In this document: piece after piece, positions 38,831 to 52,215 of the stretch | How positions within the stretch are numbered: the stretch's first letter is position 1 | Layout of the letters: every line of letters begins with the position of its first letter | Source of the DNA: Hemiscyllium ocellatum | Taxonomy: Eukaryota | NCBI RefSeq assembly: GCF_020745735.1 | Contig: NW_026869034.1 | Coordinates: 62,001 to 126,000, forward strand | Length of the DNA: 64,000 bases | Direction: 5' to 3' | Translations under genes and position numbers: made by a program | The notes under the pieces: model-generated | What the model saw: only the letters and a program-made list of their open reading frames with translations | The model's database searches: none | What the model was told of the DNA's origin: nothing

Positions 38831-39924
38831 GTAAATAAGTTTTAAAAACCACTTCCGATTAATTGATTATTAAAAATATGCAATTCACAAAGTGCAAAGT
38901 ACAGGGGAGGTTGTGTGTGTCGGTGGGTTGTTGTGGGGATGGGCAATGTTCACTGTTCCCTGATGCCCACTTGCGTATGTGAGCAGCAGGTGAACCTGCA
39001 AATCAGGTTCAGGATGGTGCTGCATGTATTTCAGCAAATACTGGCACATTGCATTCTCCAATAAATCAGCAATAACATGAATATTTATTTTTGAAGCCAA
39101 ATAAAATTAAACAATATAGTGGGACAACTTCCTTTCACTTCTTTGAACTCGTATCAAGGGACGCTGTCTGTGGACCTAGGGCGGCAGGAGGATCTTTAAC
39201 AACGGAATGTGCGGGAACAGAATCAATGTTGGAAATCCAGATAGACTTGAACATTTTTCACTGGAGGTTGAGAGTTCGGGGTTGGGAGTGACTACATGTA
39301 AGTTTATAAAGCCATGAGTGGAATGGCGAATAGCTCTTCTTGACATGATTCATACCGGAAATTTTCAAAGCTTTCGTTTCAAAGCATCACATATCAATAA
39401 ACTGTACATGACACCAGCGATGTGGAAATTAATGGTGTATATGATGGTGCCAAACGATGCCTGGTACAACGTCCCTCCAATCAAATAAAGTCAGCAATAA
39501 ATATTAACAATGTGAAAGACTCAAACCATACTTCTACACAAATCAGTTTCATCTGCAGTCAGATCCACAACTTACAATTTAGACCATTGTACAGAAGATA
39601 GACGAGGCCTCACAATATTGGAAATGATTTAGTTTGATAAATGAATCCATCGTACACTTCCTCAGAGCAACTCGTTTTAACAAATTTGCTTGATTTTTTT
39701 TGTGTGTGGGGTAATTCACGAAATGTTACTTTAATCCGATGGATGTGAACAATTTGCACTTCAGAAGTTTAGGAAAACGTCCTTTACGACAGATACACAA
39801 GCAACTTTTAGAAACCATTGATTAAAGGTGAGATCTTTTTTGGGCACAAGGATGATCCAAATGATATTTTGTAAATGTTTGGAGCTGGGATTGTCTTCAA
39901 GTTTTGACTAAGATATTGGCATAT

Positions 39925-40215
39925 TACATTACGTACAGTGTGGAAACAGGTCCTTCGGCCCAACAAGTCCACACCGACACACACCCACCCAGACCCATTC
40001 CCGTACACCTAACACGAAGGACAAGTTAGCGTGGCCAATTCACCTAACCTGCACATTTTTGGACTGTGGGAGGAAACTGGAGCACCCAGAGGAAACCCAA
40101 GCAGACACGGGGAGAATGTGCAAACTCCACACAGTCAGTCACCTGAATCGGGAATTGAACCCGGGTCTCTGGCACTGTGAGTCAGCAGTGCTAACCACCG
40201 AGCCACCATGCCGCC
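39925..40215 (-). mobile_element. tRNA-derived SINE, right-arm-specific and well preserved
   Basis: Reverse complement head gggcggcatggtggctcggtggttagcactgctgactcacagtgccagagacccgggttc. The left arm is contiguous at the orthologous site (~27985). Confidence 0.85.
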
Positions 40216-42225
40216 CACTGTATTTTCACTCTGTTGGTGGATTTCAACAGTAGGTGACATATTTTTATTATGAGAGGAGAAACAATGTAAAATATATAAC
40301 GGAGACAGCTTTTTCACAGAGAATGGTTTGTGGCGGGCACTGTTAAAACTTTCAGACGACATTTGGATAAGTAAATGAATATCAAACATTTGGAAGGATA
40401 TGGGCCAAGTACACACAGGTGGGATCAGTTTAGTTTGGGATAATACTGGCATGGACTGGCTGGACCAAAGTTTCTGTTTCCATGCTTAATCACTCCATGA
40501 CTCTGCGACTATTTATCTTTTTTTCTCAATATTGAACAGTGTTGTCATGATCCTAGAATGAACTGTTGACGTTTATATTGTGTCTGAGACTTCGCGAATT
40601 CTTGTTTCAATGAGAGGAGGGACGAGTTCTCCAAGACACATAACTTAAAAATAAAATGTTCACCAGCTTTGTTGCTGTGCAGAATTGATTCTGTGGAGAT
40701 AGTTTGCAATTGGCTTTCCACCACCTCGGCAACAATGAGTCAAAATATCTTTGATCCACTGCAGAAACTCCAGTAAATGAAACTGGGAACTCAAGGACCT
40801 TTTCGGCAGTTAGGTTATTTGCTGCCAAGTATTGCATCAAAAGACGAAATGAAGCAACCAAAATAAGATCCTACCAAACTATATTTTCCCATTTTCTCAC
40901 AATGGACACATTCCACTTTGCATTTCTTCTTTTGAAAGGAAAGTCACTGAATACAGCATTCACCGTATGATTATGAGAAAACAGGAAATTGAATGCAATT
41001 ACGTTCTGGTTAGTTCAGCCCATTTATTCAGTATATTTAAAGCTTCTGAATATGAAATTAATTGACCAAAATCCCACGTTGCAGTAACATTTGTTATTTT
41101 TATTTCAAAATAAATTGACAAATACGAATTGGTTCAAACTCACATCACTTAATGCACGATTCTCTGATTCATGCACCTCATTAAAACGAAATGGGCCCTT
41201 TTATACTTGGTTAATACAGGTGTAATGTAACGCCGAATGTTTGCTGATTGTTACGAGTTAACTGTCCCTATCAGTGAGCAGAGAAATGTACTGTTTATGA
41301 CCAACATTCGTGGTAATTATTATTGAAATACGCACTAATATATCAAAACACTCCTGATGTACCCAGACAGTTACCTGCAATGGTTTAGATTTTGAGGATT
41401 TTGCTTTAACTAATGGACTGGCTTGTTCTAGTTCATTAGATGTTCTTTTAAAAGGTTACCTGGGTGTTGTATATCAGTGCCAACTCACTTTTTGTTTCTC
41501 AGGCAAACAGCTTTCCTTTATGATGCATCTTAGGGTCGAAGCAATTCAAAAAAGAAGATGCAAGGAGAGACATTCTGCTTCTAATCTCAGGAACCAAACT
41601 GTTTAGTGACATACAATCACATTCTGAATATAATCTCTTCAGACATGATCTATATTAGGTTGCCTAGATTGATTTCAGAAACGCAGATTGGAAATGATGT
41701 ATTATTTCGTAACATCAGAGAGACTTTGAGGGACAGTAAAAATAACGCCACTAAATTTGATGGCTAATAATATTAGTGAAGTTCTATTTAGTTTTATCTG
41801 CTTGTGGTTGAATGTAGAATTAAATTGCAATTGAATATTCTAAATATAATCACTTTGAACACGCTATATATTCAGTTGCCTAAATTGATTTTTGCAATGT
41901 CTAGTATGAATTACATGTTATTTTGAAGTGCGACAGAGAATTGCAGTGTCCAGAAAAAAAAATGCTCAATTGTTTTATTAGCTGTTAATATCTTTGAACT
42001 TTGATTTTAGTTTTATCTGATTGTGAAAGAATTTAGAAATACAGGGAGTTAAATTCCAATTTAATTCGTTTTGTATTTTTTAAAACAAAGTACTTGCAAC
42101 TAGCATTTGAAACAGACCTGAAGCTACTCAAATTTACTTCCACCATTTAAAAAAAACACTTCCAAAGAAGCTATTCAGCAAAACAAATATCCTAAGATGT
42201 GTATATCTCCAAGTTCAAGCGTAAT

Positions 42226-42236
42226 CTCATGTAAAT
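42226..42236 (+). promoter_or_regulatory. Octamer-like VH promoter motif CTCATGTAAAT; TATA-like CATAAAT at 42345
   Basis: One mismatch from ATGCAAAT and overlapping a CTCATG heptamer-like motif. Conserved in both clusters at the same spacing. Confidence 0.45.
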
Positions 42237-42437
42237 ACATGAACCCATCTTTTCGGGCTGTGCAAGCTGATACCAGGATCCGGTCTCAGACTCCAACTGG
42301 AAACCAAGAGTCGGAAGCTGTCAGCCTGCCCCTTCTGATGGCCACATAAATCCTGGGCACTGGACCGTAATTCAACACGCCTGGATCGGCTTTGTTTAGA
42401 AAGATCTTGACAGAATATTTTCTCACAATTTATCAGA

Positions 42438-42935
42438 ATGATTGTATCGACAATTTTTCTCAGTTTGTTACTGATTTTCTTATCATGTGAGTGTTTTTTG
42501 TTCAAGTCTTTCTTTGATACTGTCTCAATGTTAGTCTACCTCAGGAATGTCAAAGACTCAGCCATCATTTCATCAGCGTTAATGTTGCAATTTAATTTGT
42601 TTTCTTTTCAAAGGTGTCCAGTCAGAGGTTGTTTTGACTCAGCCAGAGGCAGAGACTGGCCCTCCTGCTGGTAGCCTGAGACTGACCTGTAAAACCAGCG
42701 GGTTCAATCTTGGCAGCAGCTACATGCACTGGGTCCGACAAGTTCCCGGCAAGGGCCTGGAATGGCTGCTGTACTACTATACTTCAGTCGACAAAAACTA
42801 TGCACCAGCGATATTGGGCCGATTTACTGCGTCCAAAGAGACTTCAGACAACATTTTTGTGTTGAACATGGGAAACCTGAAGATCTAAGACACGGCCATC
42901 TATTACTGCGCAAGAGCAGTGGGTAGGTGGATATT
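42438..42935 (+). pseudogene. IGHV: IgM-type VH, germline-joined to D sequence (leader 42438-42486, intron, V exon 42614-42916, junction 42917-42935)
   Basis: MIVSTIFLSLLLIFLS|[16 protein letters not shown]...[31 protein letters not shown]...GRFTASK...NLKI*DTAIYYCARAVGRWI. GT/AG sites are intact. The single TAA at 42886-42888 lies where the EDTA Glu is expected. Confidence 0.96.
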
Positions 42936-42963
42936 CACTGCAATTATGATCGATACAAAAACC
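42936..42963 (+). other. 12-bp-spacer RSS (D2-type 3' signal)
   Basis: CACTGCA (42936-42942), a 12-nt spacer and a perfect nonamer ACAAAAACC (42955-42963). Confidence 0.92.
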
Positions 42964-43271
42964 TTTCAGACCCTATTGTTTGCAACACGTCAGTGATTAT
43001 TTCTACAAACCGTCTTAACTTGCAGTGCAGTATTAGTTCTCTGGGCTTCTGTGCATGTTTAATTTGTAAAAGTGGTGATAATTATTGATACACCAATTGG
43101 TTATTTTGAGAATCAGCTCAAGTGTTACTCTGTGAAATATAAAACAACATAAAAATTTATTAAGAATGATCAGAATTCACTAGCGCATGTGATGTAGCTT
43201 CATTGTGACTTAATATTGCCAGTGGTTCCGAAAATGTAATGGGAGATTTTTGGATTGTTTTATGCAGAGCT

Positions 43272-43310
43272 AGTTATTATGTGGCCCAGTGCAGACAATG
43301 TAACACTGTG
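43272..43310 (+). other. JH RSS with 23-bp spacer
   Basis: AGTTATTAT (6/9 match to GGTTTTTGT), 23 nt, then a perfect CACTGTG (43304-43310). Confidence 0.85.
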
Positions 43311-43358
43311 CCTATCTTGATGACTGGGGCCAAGGGACCATGGTGACAGTGACTTCAG
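43311..43358 (+). CDS. IGHJ: JH gene segment, intact
   Basis: YLDDWGQGTMVTVTS with the WGxG motif, followed by donor GTGAG. Confidence 0.96.
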
Positions 43359-43899
43359 GTGAGAATTTTAACCTTAACTGTGATTTTTTAAAAACTTTCC
43401 ATTCATGTGATTAATTTCTGTATTAAATGAAACTCATATTCTGTCTTGAGTTTGGTTTGGTTCGGAATAATTTTTGTTCAGGCTGATTATAGACTTCAGT
43501 TAAGGCTCAGCAAGTGGTTATAATGGTTGTGACGGAGTCAGTTACTCTGAGTGTCTCTTTGTTTCGATCCGATGGGCTTTCAGTGTGGCTGGGTTACTTA
43601 ATGTCTCTTAATCAGTCAGGTATAAATAATGTTTAACGACAGTGACACTGGGACTATCGGTTTTCTTATCGACAACAAATGCTAAGAAGTTGAAGATGTT
43701 CAAAATATTACCAAACATGATTAAAAATGCTAAAATATCATTATCCATTTCTTGAATATATTTCCTGTACACATTATGTTCTTACCATGATTATATTTTC
43801 ACCTTTATTTTGCTAATTTTGTTGATGACAAGCAGGTTAGAAACTGTCATAATTTTTTGCAGGGCTATGTTTCATTCTGTTGATTGAGATTCTAAGATC

Positions 43900-44165
43900 G
43901 TTTGACTTGATTCTGTTGAATTGAGTTGTTCGGATTTTAAATTTGTTTCAGTTGATTCGGTTGAAATGAGTTGATTGGATTCTGACTGTGCTCTTACTTA
44001 GTTTTGCTGAAGTGTGTTGATTGAATTTTGAAATTGTTTTATTTGGTTCTGTTGAATTGAATTGGTGAGATTCTGATTATGTTTCATTTAAGTCTGTTGT
44101 TTTCAATTGATTGGATTCTGGTTTTATTTTCCTCGAATCTGTTGAATTGAGTTGATTGGATTCTT
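43900..44165 (+). repeat. Degenerate ~45-bp tandem repeat in J-C intron
   Basis: About five units of TTCTGTTGAATTGAGTTGATTGGATTCT near 43911, 43956, 44048, 44094 and 44137. Confidence 0.75.
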
Positions 44166-45736
44166 ATTCAGTTTGTGCAATTGATCTGTGTTTTCATGCT
44201 TTCTGTAATTGGTGTTTTCTTTCTGGCGATAAGATGGTCTCTCTGGATTACTTTTAATTGAAAATCTTTGTGAAGTTCTTTGGTTTTCCTGAATCGTTTC
44301 GGCATTTGTTAAATTTGTATGCCATTTTTAACTCAGCTTGATTGAAAAATTTGCATCTGTTTGTAACTGTCTGAAAACCAACTTAAGGCAGAAATAAAGA
44401 AGCGCGAGGAATGAAAAACTTGACTTTTTAATACAGTGGTGATTTTTTTTAAAAATCGCATTTCTAATTGTAAATTAACCGAATTTTGTTTTCAGTCGGT
44501 TCATTCAAAATAAAATTTGGGACTAAATTCTGCAACTGCAGAATTGCTCAGTTCACAAAATTGAAACTAACTTACTACAATATTATATTTTTTATATTGT
44601 CTTAATATTTTTCCATTAGAGAAATTTTGTTTTGTCCTTAAAGAGATTAATCATTATATGCCTAAAAATGCTGCACTAGATTGTCATGATCATCAAGGGT
44701 GTACAGTTGGGAAATAAATCTAACCTTTGCCGGAAAAGTTACAGCTTTAAATGTTACGTCCCCTCACAAACAAAACTGATGTTATGACTTGTTACTATTT
44801 GTTCAATTTAATCATTAATTTACTTGATTCTGAGCAGTTCTGTTAGACTTCAGTTCGGGTTTTCTTGTGAGGTTACATCATGTTCTTGGTTCTGTTGAAA
44901 CTGTTTGCAGTGCTAGCTCTGCTGCAAACACATCGTGTTGTCATTTGTTGATCTTTGCTATGTTGAGTATTCTACATTGTTATTGCACTGTTCACATGAT
45001 TTCTGTCAGTGAACCGCTCCAGTTTCCTCTTTCTCATTCAATGCAATCAGCATGCCAAATGAAACTTCACAAAGCTTGACGTTACGTGAAAGGTAAGTCG
45101 CAGGGTTTTGGAAATGAAGGGAAAACAGATACCTTCAGGCGCGATTCTTAACGAGAAGTAATAATTAAAGATTAACCTAATCCACTCTTTACAATCCACG
45201 TTCAGAACTCAACTACATAGTTAAACCACAATGTCTATCTTTAAACAGTTTAACAAGTCATAGAGAAATATAAATTGAATTTCAAAAGTATAATATTCCA
45301 GAAGTTGTTACCTTTGCAAACAAAATCCTTAACTGTGGTTATAATTGATCAAGAAATGCCTTTCCATTCTGCTGTATATTACACACAAGTTTTCTGGCTG
45401 GAAAATATGATTGGCAAAGACAATTTGGAAATTCTGCTCAATTCGATGAACAACAGATCAATTTCACTGCTTTGATCGGTTTCACAAGTAATCTGAGTCC
45501 TGAGTCAATTAATTGTTCTAGCCCTGATTAAACTGGGTTTGCTGTGAAAAATGAAACCTGAGTAATTTAATCTGCACAGTGCTTTAGGTATCCCCAATCC
45601 CTACTTTTTAAATAAATAGTTACATTTTACAGCACAATATCAACTGAAGAGTCATTCTTTTGGAAACAACTACTATAGTGAATTGGTGACCAAGGCCAAA
45701 TTTCGAATTAATTGAAATAATCCACTTATGAACTCG

Positions 45737-46090
45737 GAGGGCAGCATCATGGCTCAGTGGTTAGCATTGATGCTTCACATCGCCGGGATCCCAGGTTCGA
45801 TTTTACCCTCGGGTAACTATCTGTACGGACTTTGCACATTCGCCCCGTGTCTGCGTCGGCTTTCTCCAGGTGTTCCGGTTTCCTTCCACAGCTGAAAATG
45901 GGCAGGTTAGGTGAATTGGCGGTGAATTGGCAGTGTTGCTTTGCACATAGTGTTCAGGGATGTGCATATTTAGGGTGCATTCGGTGGGGTAAATATGGGT
46001 TGGGTAAATGGGTTTTCGTGGGCTCCATATTGCTCGGGCGATCGGTGTGGAATTGTTAGGCCAAATGGCCTGTTTCCAATATGTTGGAAA
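45737..46090 (+). mobile_element. tRNA-derived SINE (shared by both arms)
   Basis: gggcagcatcatggctcagtggttagc head. Confidence 0.8.
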
Positions 46091-46384
46091 TGTACTCTAA
46101 AACAATGGAAGTACTTGCTGCAAAAGCAGAGAATTTATTTCCCATCGATGTATTTAGACATATGCGGAGTTCATAAATTTGCAGAAGACATGAACTAGAG
46201 GATAACAGAGTACATTGTTTGAACTAGAGGATAACAGGGCACATTGTTTATTCAAACGCTGAAAATAGAGTAATTTTTTTTAATCAATATACTTGACCGA
46301 TTATTGCAATGTAGCAATCTGAAGGAGACTGCTCACGTTAGTTAAGTATGATGATTATTTAGATTTGATTTCCTATAGTATATA

Positions 46385-46675
46385 TTGGGCCATTTGACCC
46401 TACAAGGCCACACCGATCTTGAGAAGAGCAACCCACCCAGACCCATTCCCCTACCCTATATTTACCCTTGAGTAATGCACCTAACACCATGGACAATATA
46501 GCACGACCAGTTCACCTGACGGGCACATCCTTGAATTGTGGGAGGATTCCCACGCAGCCAAAGTAGAAACTGTGTAAACTCCACAGAGACAGTCACCCGA
46601 GGCTGAAACCGAACCCCGGTACCTGGATCTGTGAGGCAGCAGTGCGCAACACAAATCCACCGCTCTGCCCACATT
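46385..46675 (-). mobile_element. tRNA-derived SINE (shared by both arms)
   Basis: Reverse-complement SINE body. Orthologous to 21274-21590. Confidence 0.75.
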
Positions 46676-49600
46676 TACTTAGCCACTCAGTTAAAGCGGG
46701 CAACTCCAGAGAGAAGCATGTTTTCAATTCACACTTATTTTAAAAAAAAACATTTTCGTACATGAAAAGCTGCTAACAAGAAAATGAATTTGCCCTAATT
46801 TCTTCAACAGACATGCATTTCCACACTGTAATGCAGGACTAACGTCATGCAGTTCATGTAAAATCTCCACAGTTCAAGAAATGCTTTCAGATATGTAAAA
46901 ACTATTTGGAGTATTATCCATTTCCTCCGGAGCTTTGCATTAATTGTTGACATATCTCACCATTGCTAATTACAACGACTTATTAAGTTTATTGACTCAG
47001 TGATTATCTATGTTCATTGTGAACACGTTCTCGTTTGCATTAATCCTTTGGTTAGTTCCTCTGATGAATGTTCAATTGCAGTGAATACATTGGATGTGAG
47101 GAATTGAGCAGATATATCTGCTAACATACAGATTGTTGTACATTTCGTTTCAGTGTTATCTCCGACTAACTTGTCAACGGGTCCTGACCATTTGTAAATT
47201 GTCTGGTTTGGGTACCTGAATTTTCGATAGTTCAATTTTATCTTGCTCTTCAAATCGACTTTTATCTGCCAGAACTGCAATATTTGATTGGGTGCCTCAG
47301 AACTGAGTGCCGTGGCTAAGTTATTCCAATCAGAACGAATACCACAGTAACAAAAGGCAGGCAGATTCCAAATGTTTTGATATTGGTTCTTGGCAATAAG
47401 GGATACTTGATTGAGCGATGAAGAGGGAAACATGCTGATTATTTCCTTTTGTGCCTCAGTTGGTCATGGACATGTAGCACAATGTAGAATCAAAAATTAT
47501 TTTGCATCTTACTATTTGAAAACCTATTAGCGTTTAATATCACTGGCAACGGTCATAATGCATTTCAAAACATTTTCATCTATATCAAACTAAGTAGACC
47601 ACGTGGGGCAGCAACATTCATAGGGGTTCTAGGGAAGGGAGTTCTAGGTTAAAATCCAGTGTCAGTGAATTGATGGTAATGTAATCCCACTTTTTATTCC
47701 TCAGAGAATTTGGACAATTCGGAGCTGCTGTCAAAGTATTCTTTGATAATTGTTGCAATGTTACTTTCGTGTACAAACTTTCTGGAACAATCCCTTGTTG
47801 TTGGAAAGTATCAATACTTAACATCGTGTATGTACTGTCAAACAGGTGGGCTGTCTTCTCTGAGATAGTGTGAAGCTCATTGTGTTCAGGTCTGCTGTGA
47901 TATTATTGTAGTGTGCCTGACTCCATGGCAAGCGGCCTGTGTTCACTTACAGCCTGGTTGAGAAGTATAAAATACCAACTCTTATCCGGTTAATTCTGGG
48001 CAAAAAAGCAGATTGAGTTGTTAGTGTGTTTGTTGGAGTTCCACTCACAGAGGCAGGTGAAATCTATTTCATCTCTGTCCTGACTTGTATCTCTTAGATA
48101 TTAAACAAAACTTTGGCGTTTAGCAGCTTTTTCGAGATCAATATTTGTTCACAAGATTTTGAGCACATCTAGCTGGGGTTAATCGAGTAAGTCCTTTAAT
48201 AATTCCCAGCTTTATAACTGCTGTTCAAATAATATCACGTATAACTAATCCAGAATGTATTGTTTTGAAGCATAATTGATGAGATTATGCCTAGGTTGTT
48301 TTACTTTATATTAAACTGGTGCTGTGGCTGAATATGATTGTTCAGTACAATGGGGGTTCCGCTGATTCCAACACTTGCATCATATGGTGATAGCTTTTCA
48401 AGTGGTCTTCAATTGTTATCTCGGCTCATCCACTACCTCTGCTAAGAATGCTTTTCTCACTGCAGTCAAGCAAACGTAACCGCTGTCTAACTCAACAGGT
48501 GTGAGTTCTTGTGCCAATAGCATGAAAACAATTTCCTGAAGCGGGAGGGGATGGGGTAGGGGGGTGAGGGGTGTCTCTCGACGTGAAACGTTAACCTCGC
48601 TTTCTCTCCACAGGAGCTGCCAGACCTGCTGAGTTTCTTCAGAAATTTCTGTCTTTATTTTAGTTTTCTAGTATTCCAAGTTTTTTGATTCATTTCTAAA
48701 AATGTTCTGTTCGATTAAACAAGTTCTTCAGAGAGAAAATGCACTTAAACAAATTGAGAATGTTCAGAGATATTTATTATCAGAGAATCATGTTTTACAA
48801 GAAAGCATCATGAAGTAACAGCACACTCCAGAGTGCAGTGCCTGCTGTATTTGGGTGAGAGTTATTTTGATCAGTCAAGTAGTGAATGTCAGTGCTCCCA
48901 TTCCAAATACCTGTAATCAACAGAATTACTTTTTAAAGAATGTGTGAAACAATTAATTTGCTAAAATATTTTAATACAAATTGTTCACCGCCAGTGCTAA
49001 CCTAACGACTGACACATGATAGGGATGGGGAGGAGGACAGCACTAAGCCCTCGAGCTGATCCACCACTTACTTATATCATGGTGCATCTGCGCACTAACT
49101 GCAGACGCCTCTCTTTGGCTAAAACTCTTTACTACCGTTGTTTTGCAAGCAAAGTCTATCCCAAATTTAATGGTTCGACTGCCCATAACAAAGGAAGACA
49201 CCGTTTTTGAAAGGCATTTCTGTGAGTATTTAAAGGGACACAATGAGGCTGTAACATCCCAGTCTCGTATTCCACTAATGGTACTTCTTTATTCCAGGAA
49301 AGCATAATGTGTGATTGCCGTGCTAAAAATGAGGGAATCCTCATTTCCATTATATGATTACGAAATAGCTCTGTTAGTTGAGTGAAAACGCAGTCAAACC
49401 ACACAGAATTAAACCATTCAACATGTCATCTTGTGTGGGCACGCAAGTGCCTCAAATACTTTTCAATTCTTCCGGCGGACAGGTGTGGAAGTATCAAACT
49501 TTTATATCGCATTGAAAAACCAGTTGTCCTCAGCATACTTGAATTGCTGAAGCTCGTGTGGTATTAGCATTCACAGCACTGTTAGAAAGTGAGTCCCATG

Positions 49601-50324
49601 GCTGTGATTGAGGAAAAGTAAAACGGCAGGGAAATAGTTGCAAGTCAAGGTGGAGTCTAATTTGGAGGTAATCATTCAGATGAAGCATTTTCATGCATGC
49701 ACGCCCTTATCCTCAAAGATCACAATTTTGAAACATGTTGCCAGGGACATGTTAGAATACAAATTAGAAGCTGAATTAGGCACCTCGGTCACTTTAGAAT
49801 GCTATTGTATTCATGGGATCATCATAAATCCTGCTGCTCACCAGTCTTTCCAACACCCGATAAAATTGAGCCCGATTCTTTACTGTTCAATGAACGAATG
49901 GTGAACCATTGGAATTCTCCGCCACTAAATTGCTTGAGGTTAAAACATTAAGTGATTTCAAGAAGGAGATAGATTCCTTCAATTCTGAAGATATACTACG
50001 AGTATGTGGAAAAAAAGACAAACAGGGTACAATATCGGTTGAAAGTCATGAGAACGACGAATGGGGCATGGTTTGTAAATTTGCACATGAAACCAAAATT
50101 GGTGCTATAATTGGCAATGAACGTTATCTAAAAGAGATCGTGATCAATTGGGCAATTGGGCAAATGGGCTGAAGAGTTGCAATTGGAGTATAGATTAAAT
50201 GAAAACGACCTTTAAAGAAGATAAAGCAGGTCACAACTTGCAGAGATAATTGTAGGGCACTGGATCGTGTTGTCCAACAGAGAGACCTGGGAGTTCAGAA
50301 GCATCGATTCTTACAGCGTCATAT

Positions 50325-52215
50325 AGTCATAGAGATGTAGAGCAAGGAAATAGACTCTTTGTTCCAACTCGTCCATGCCGACCAGACATCCCACCCCAAT
50401 CTAGTCCCACCTGCCAGCACATGGCCCCATATCCCTCCAAACACTTCCTATTCATATAGCCATCCAAATGCCTCTTAAATGTTGCAATTGTACCAGTCTC
50501 CACCACTTGCTCTGGCATCTCATTCCATACACGTACTACCTTCTGTGTGAAAAAGTTGTCCCTTATGTCTTTTTGTGTCTTTCCCCCTCACCCTAAACCT
50601 ATTCCCTCTAGTTCTGGACTCCCCGAACCCAGGAGAAAATAAACTTTGCCTATTTACTCTAACCATGTCCCTCAGGATTTTCTAAACCTGTATAAGTTCA
50701 AGCACTAAGTCTCTGAAGTTCCAGGGAAAACAGCCCCAGCCTGTCCAGCTTCACCCTCTAGCTCACATCCACCAATCCTGGCAACATGCTTGTTAAATCT
50801 TTTCTGAACCCTTTCAAGTTCCACATCATCTTTTCGATAATAAGGAGACCAGAATTGCACACAATGTTCCGACAGTGGCCAAAACAATGTCCTATACAGC
50901 CACAACATGTCCTCCCAACTCCTGCATTCAATACTCTGACCAATAAAGGAAAGCATAACAAACGCCTTCTTCACGATTCAATCTACCTGCGACTAGACTT
51001 TCAAGGAGGTATTAATGTGCACTCCAAGTTCTCTATGTTCAGCTACACTCCCTCGGACCTGACCATTAAGTGTAGAATTTCTGCTAAGATTTGCTTTCAT
51101 AAATGCAGCACCTCGCATTTATCTGAATTAAACTCCATCTGCCACTTCTCAACTCATTGGCCTATCTGGTCAACGACCTGTTGTTTAATGAGATAACCCT
51201 CTCCGTTGTCCTCTACACCTCCAATTTGGTGTCATCAACAAACTTACTAACTGTACCCCTTATGCTGGCATCCAAACCAATTATGTAAATGACAAGAAGT
51301 AGAGGCCCCAGTACCGATCCTTGTGGCACTCAACTGGGAACTGGCCTCAAGTCTGAAAAACAACTCTCCACCAAGACCCTCTATCTTCTACCTTTGAGCA
51401 AGTTCTGTATCCAAATGCTGAGTTCTCCCTGTATTCCGTGAGAGCTAACCTTGTTAATCAGTATCACATGGGGAACCTTGTCAAACGCCTGCCTGAAGTC
51501 CATATAGATCACATCTACCACTCTGCCCTCATAAATCCTTTTTGGTAATTCCTCAAAAAACTCAGTCAAGTTTGTGAGGCAGGCTTTCCCATACACAACA
51601 TCATGTTGACTATCCCTAATCAGTCCTTGCTTTTCCAAATCCAGGTACAGCCTGTCCCTCAGGATTCCCTCCAGCAACTTACCCACAACCTACGTCAGAC
51701 TCACTGGTCTATAGTTCTATGGCATTTCCTCCATAAACAGTGGCAACACGATAGCCAACCTCCAGTCATCCGGCTCTTCACCTGTAACTATCGTTGATAC
51801 AAATATCTCATCAAGGGTCCCACAATCACTTCTCTAGATTCCCACAGAGTTTTAAGCTACACCTGATCAGGTCATGTGGATTTATCCATCTTTACCCGTT
51901 TCAAGATATCTAGCAATGTCTTTAATAACATGGACATTTTACAAGATGTCACTATGCATTTCCCTATGTCTTTATCTTCAATATCCTTTTTTACAGTAAA
52001 TATTGACGCAAAATACTCTCGCCATTTTCTGCGGCTCAACACAAAAGCCACCATGTTGATCATTGAGGGGCCCTATTCTCTCCCTCGTTACTTTTTTGTC
52101 CGTAATGTAATTTTAAAAACTCTTCTGATTCTCCTTAATTCTATTTGCCAAAGCTGTCTCATGTCCCCTTTTTGCACTCCTGATATCCCTCTTAAGTATA
52201 CTCCTACTTCCTTTA
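50325..52215 (-). mobile_element. CR1 LINE RT fragment, right-arm-specific
   Basis: GKLLEGILRDR...CLTNLTEFFEE...YMDFRQAFDKVPH and PEQVVETGTIATFKRHLD. The 3' tail is at about 50325. Confidence 0.9.
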
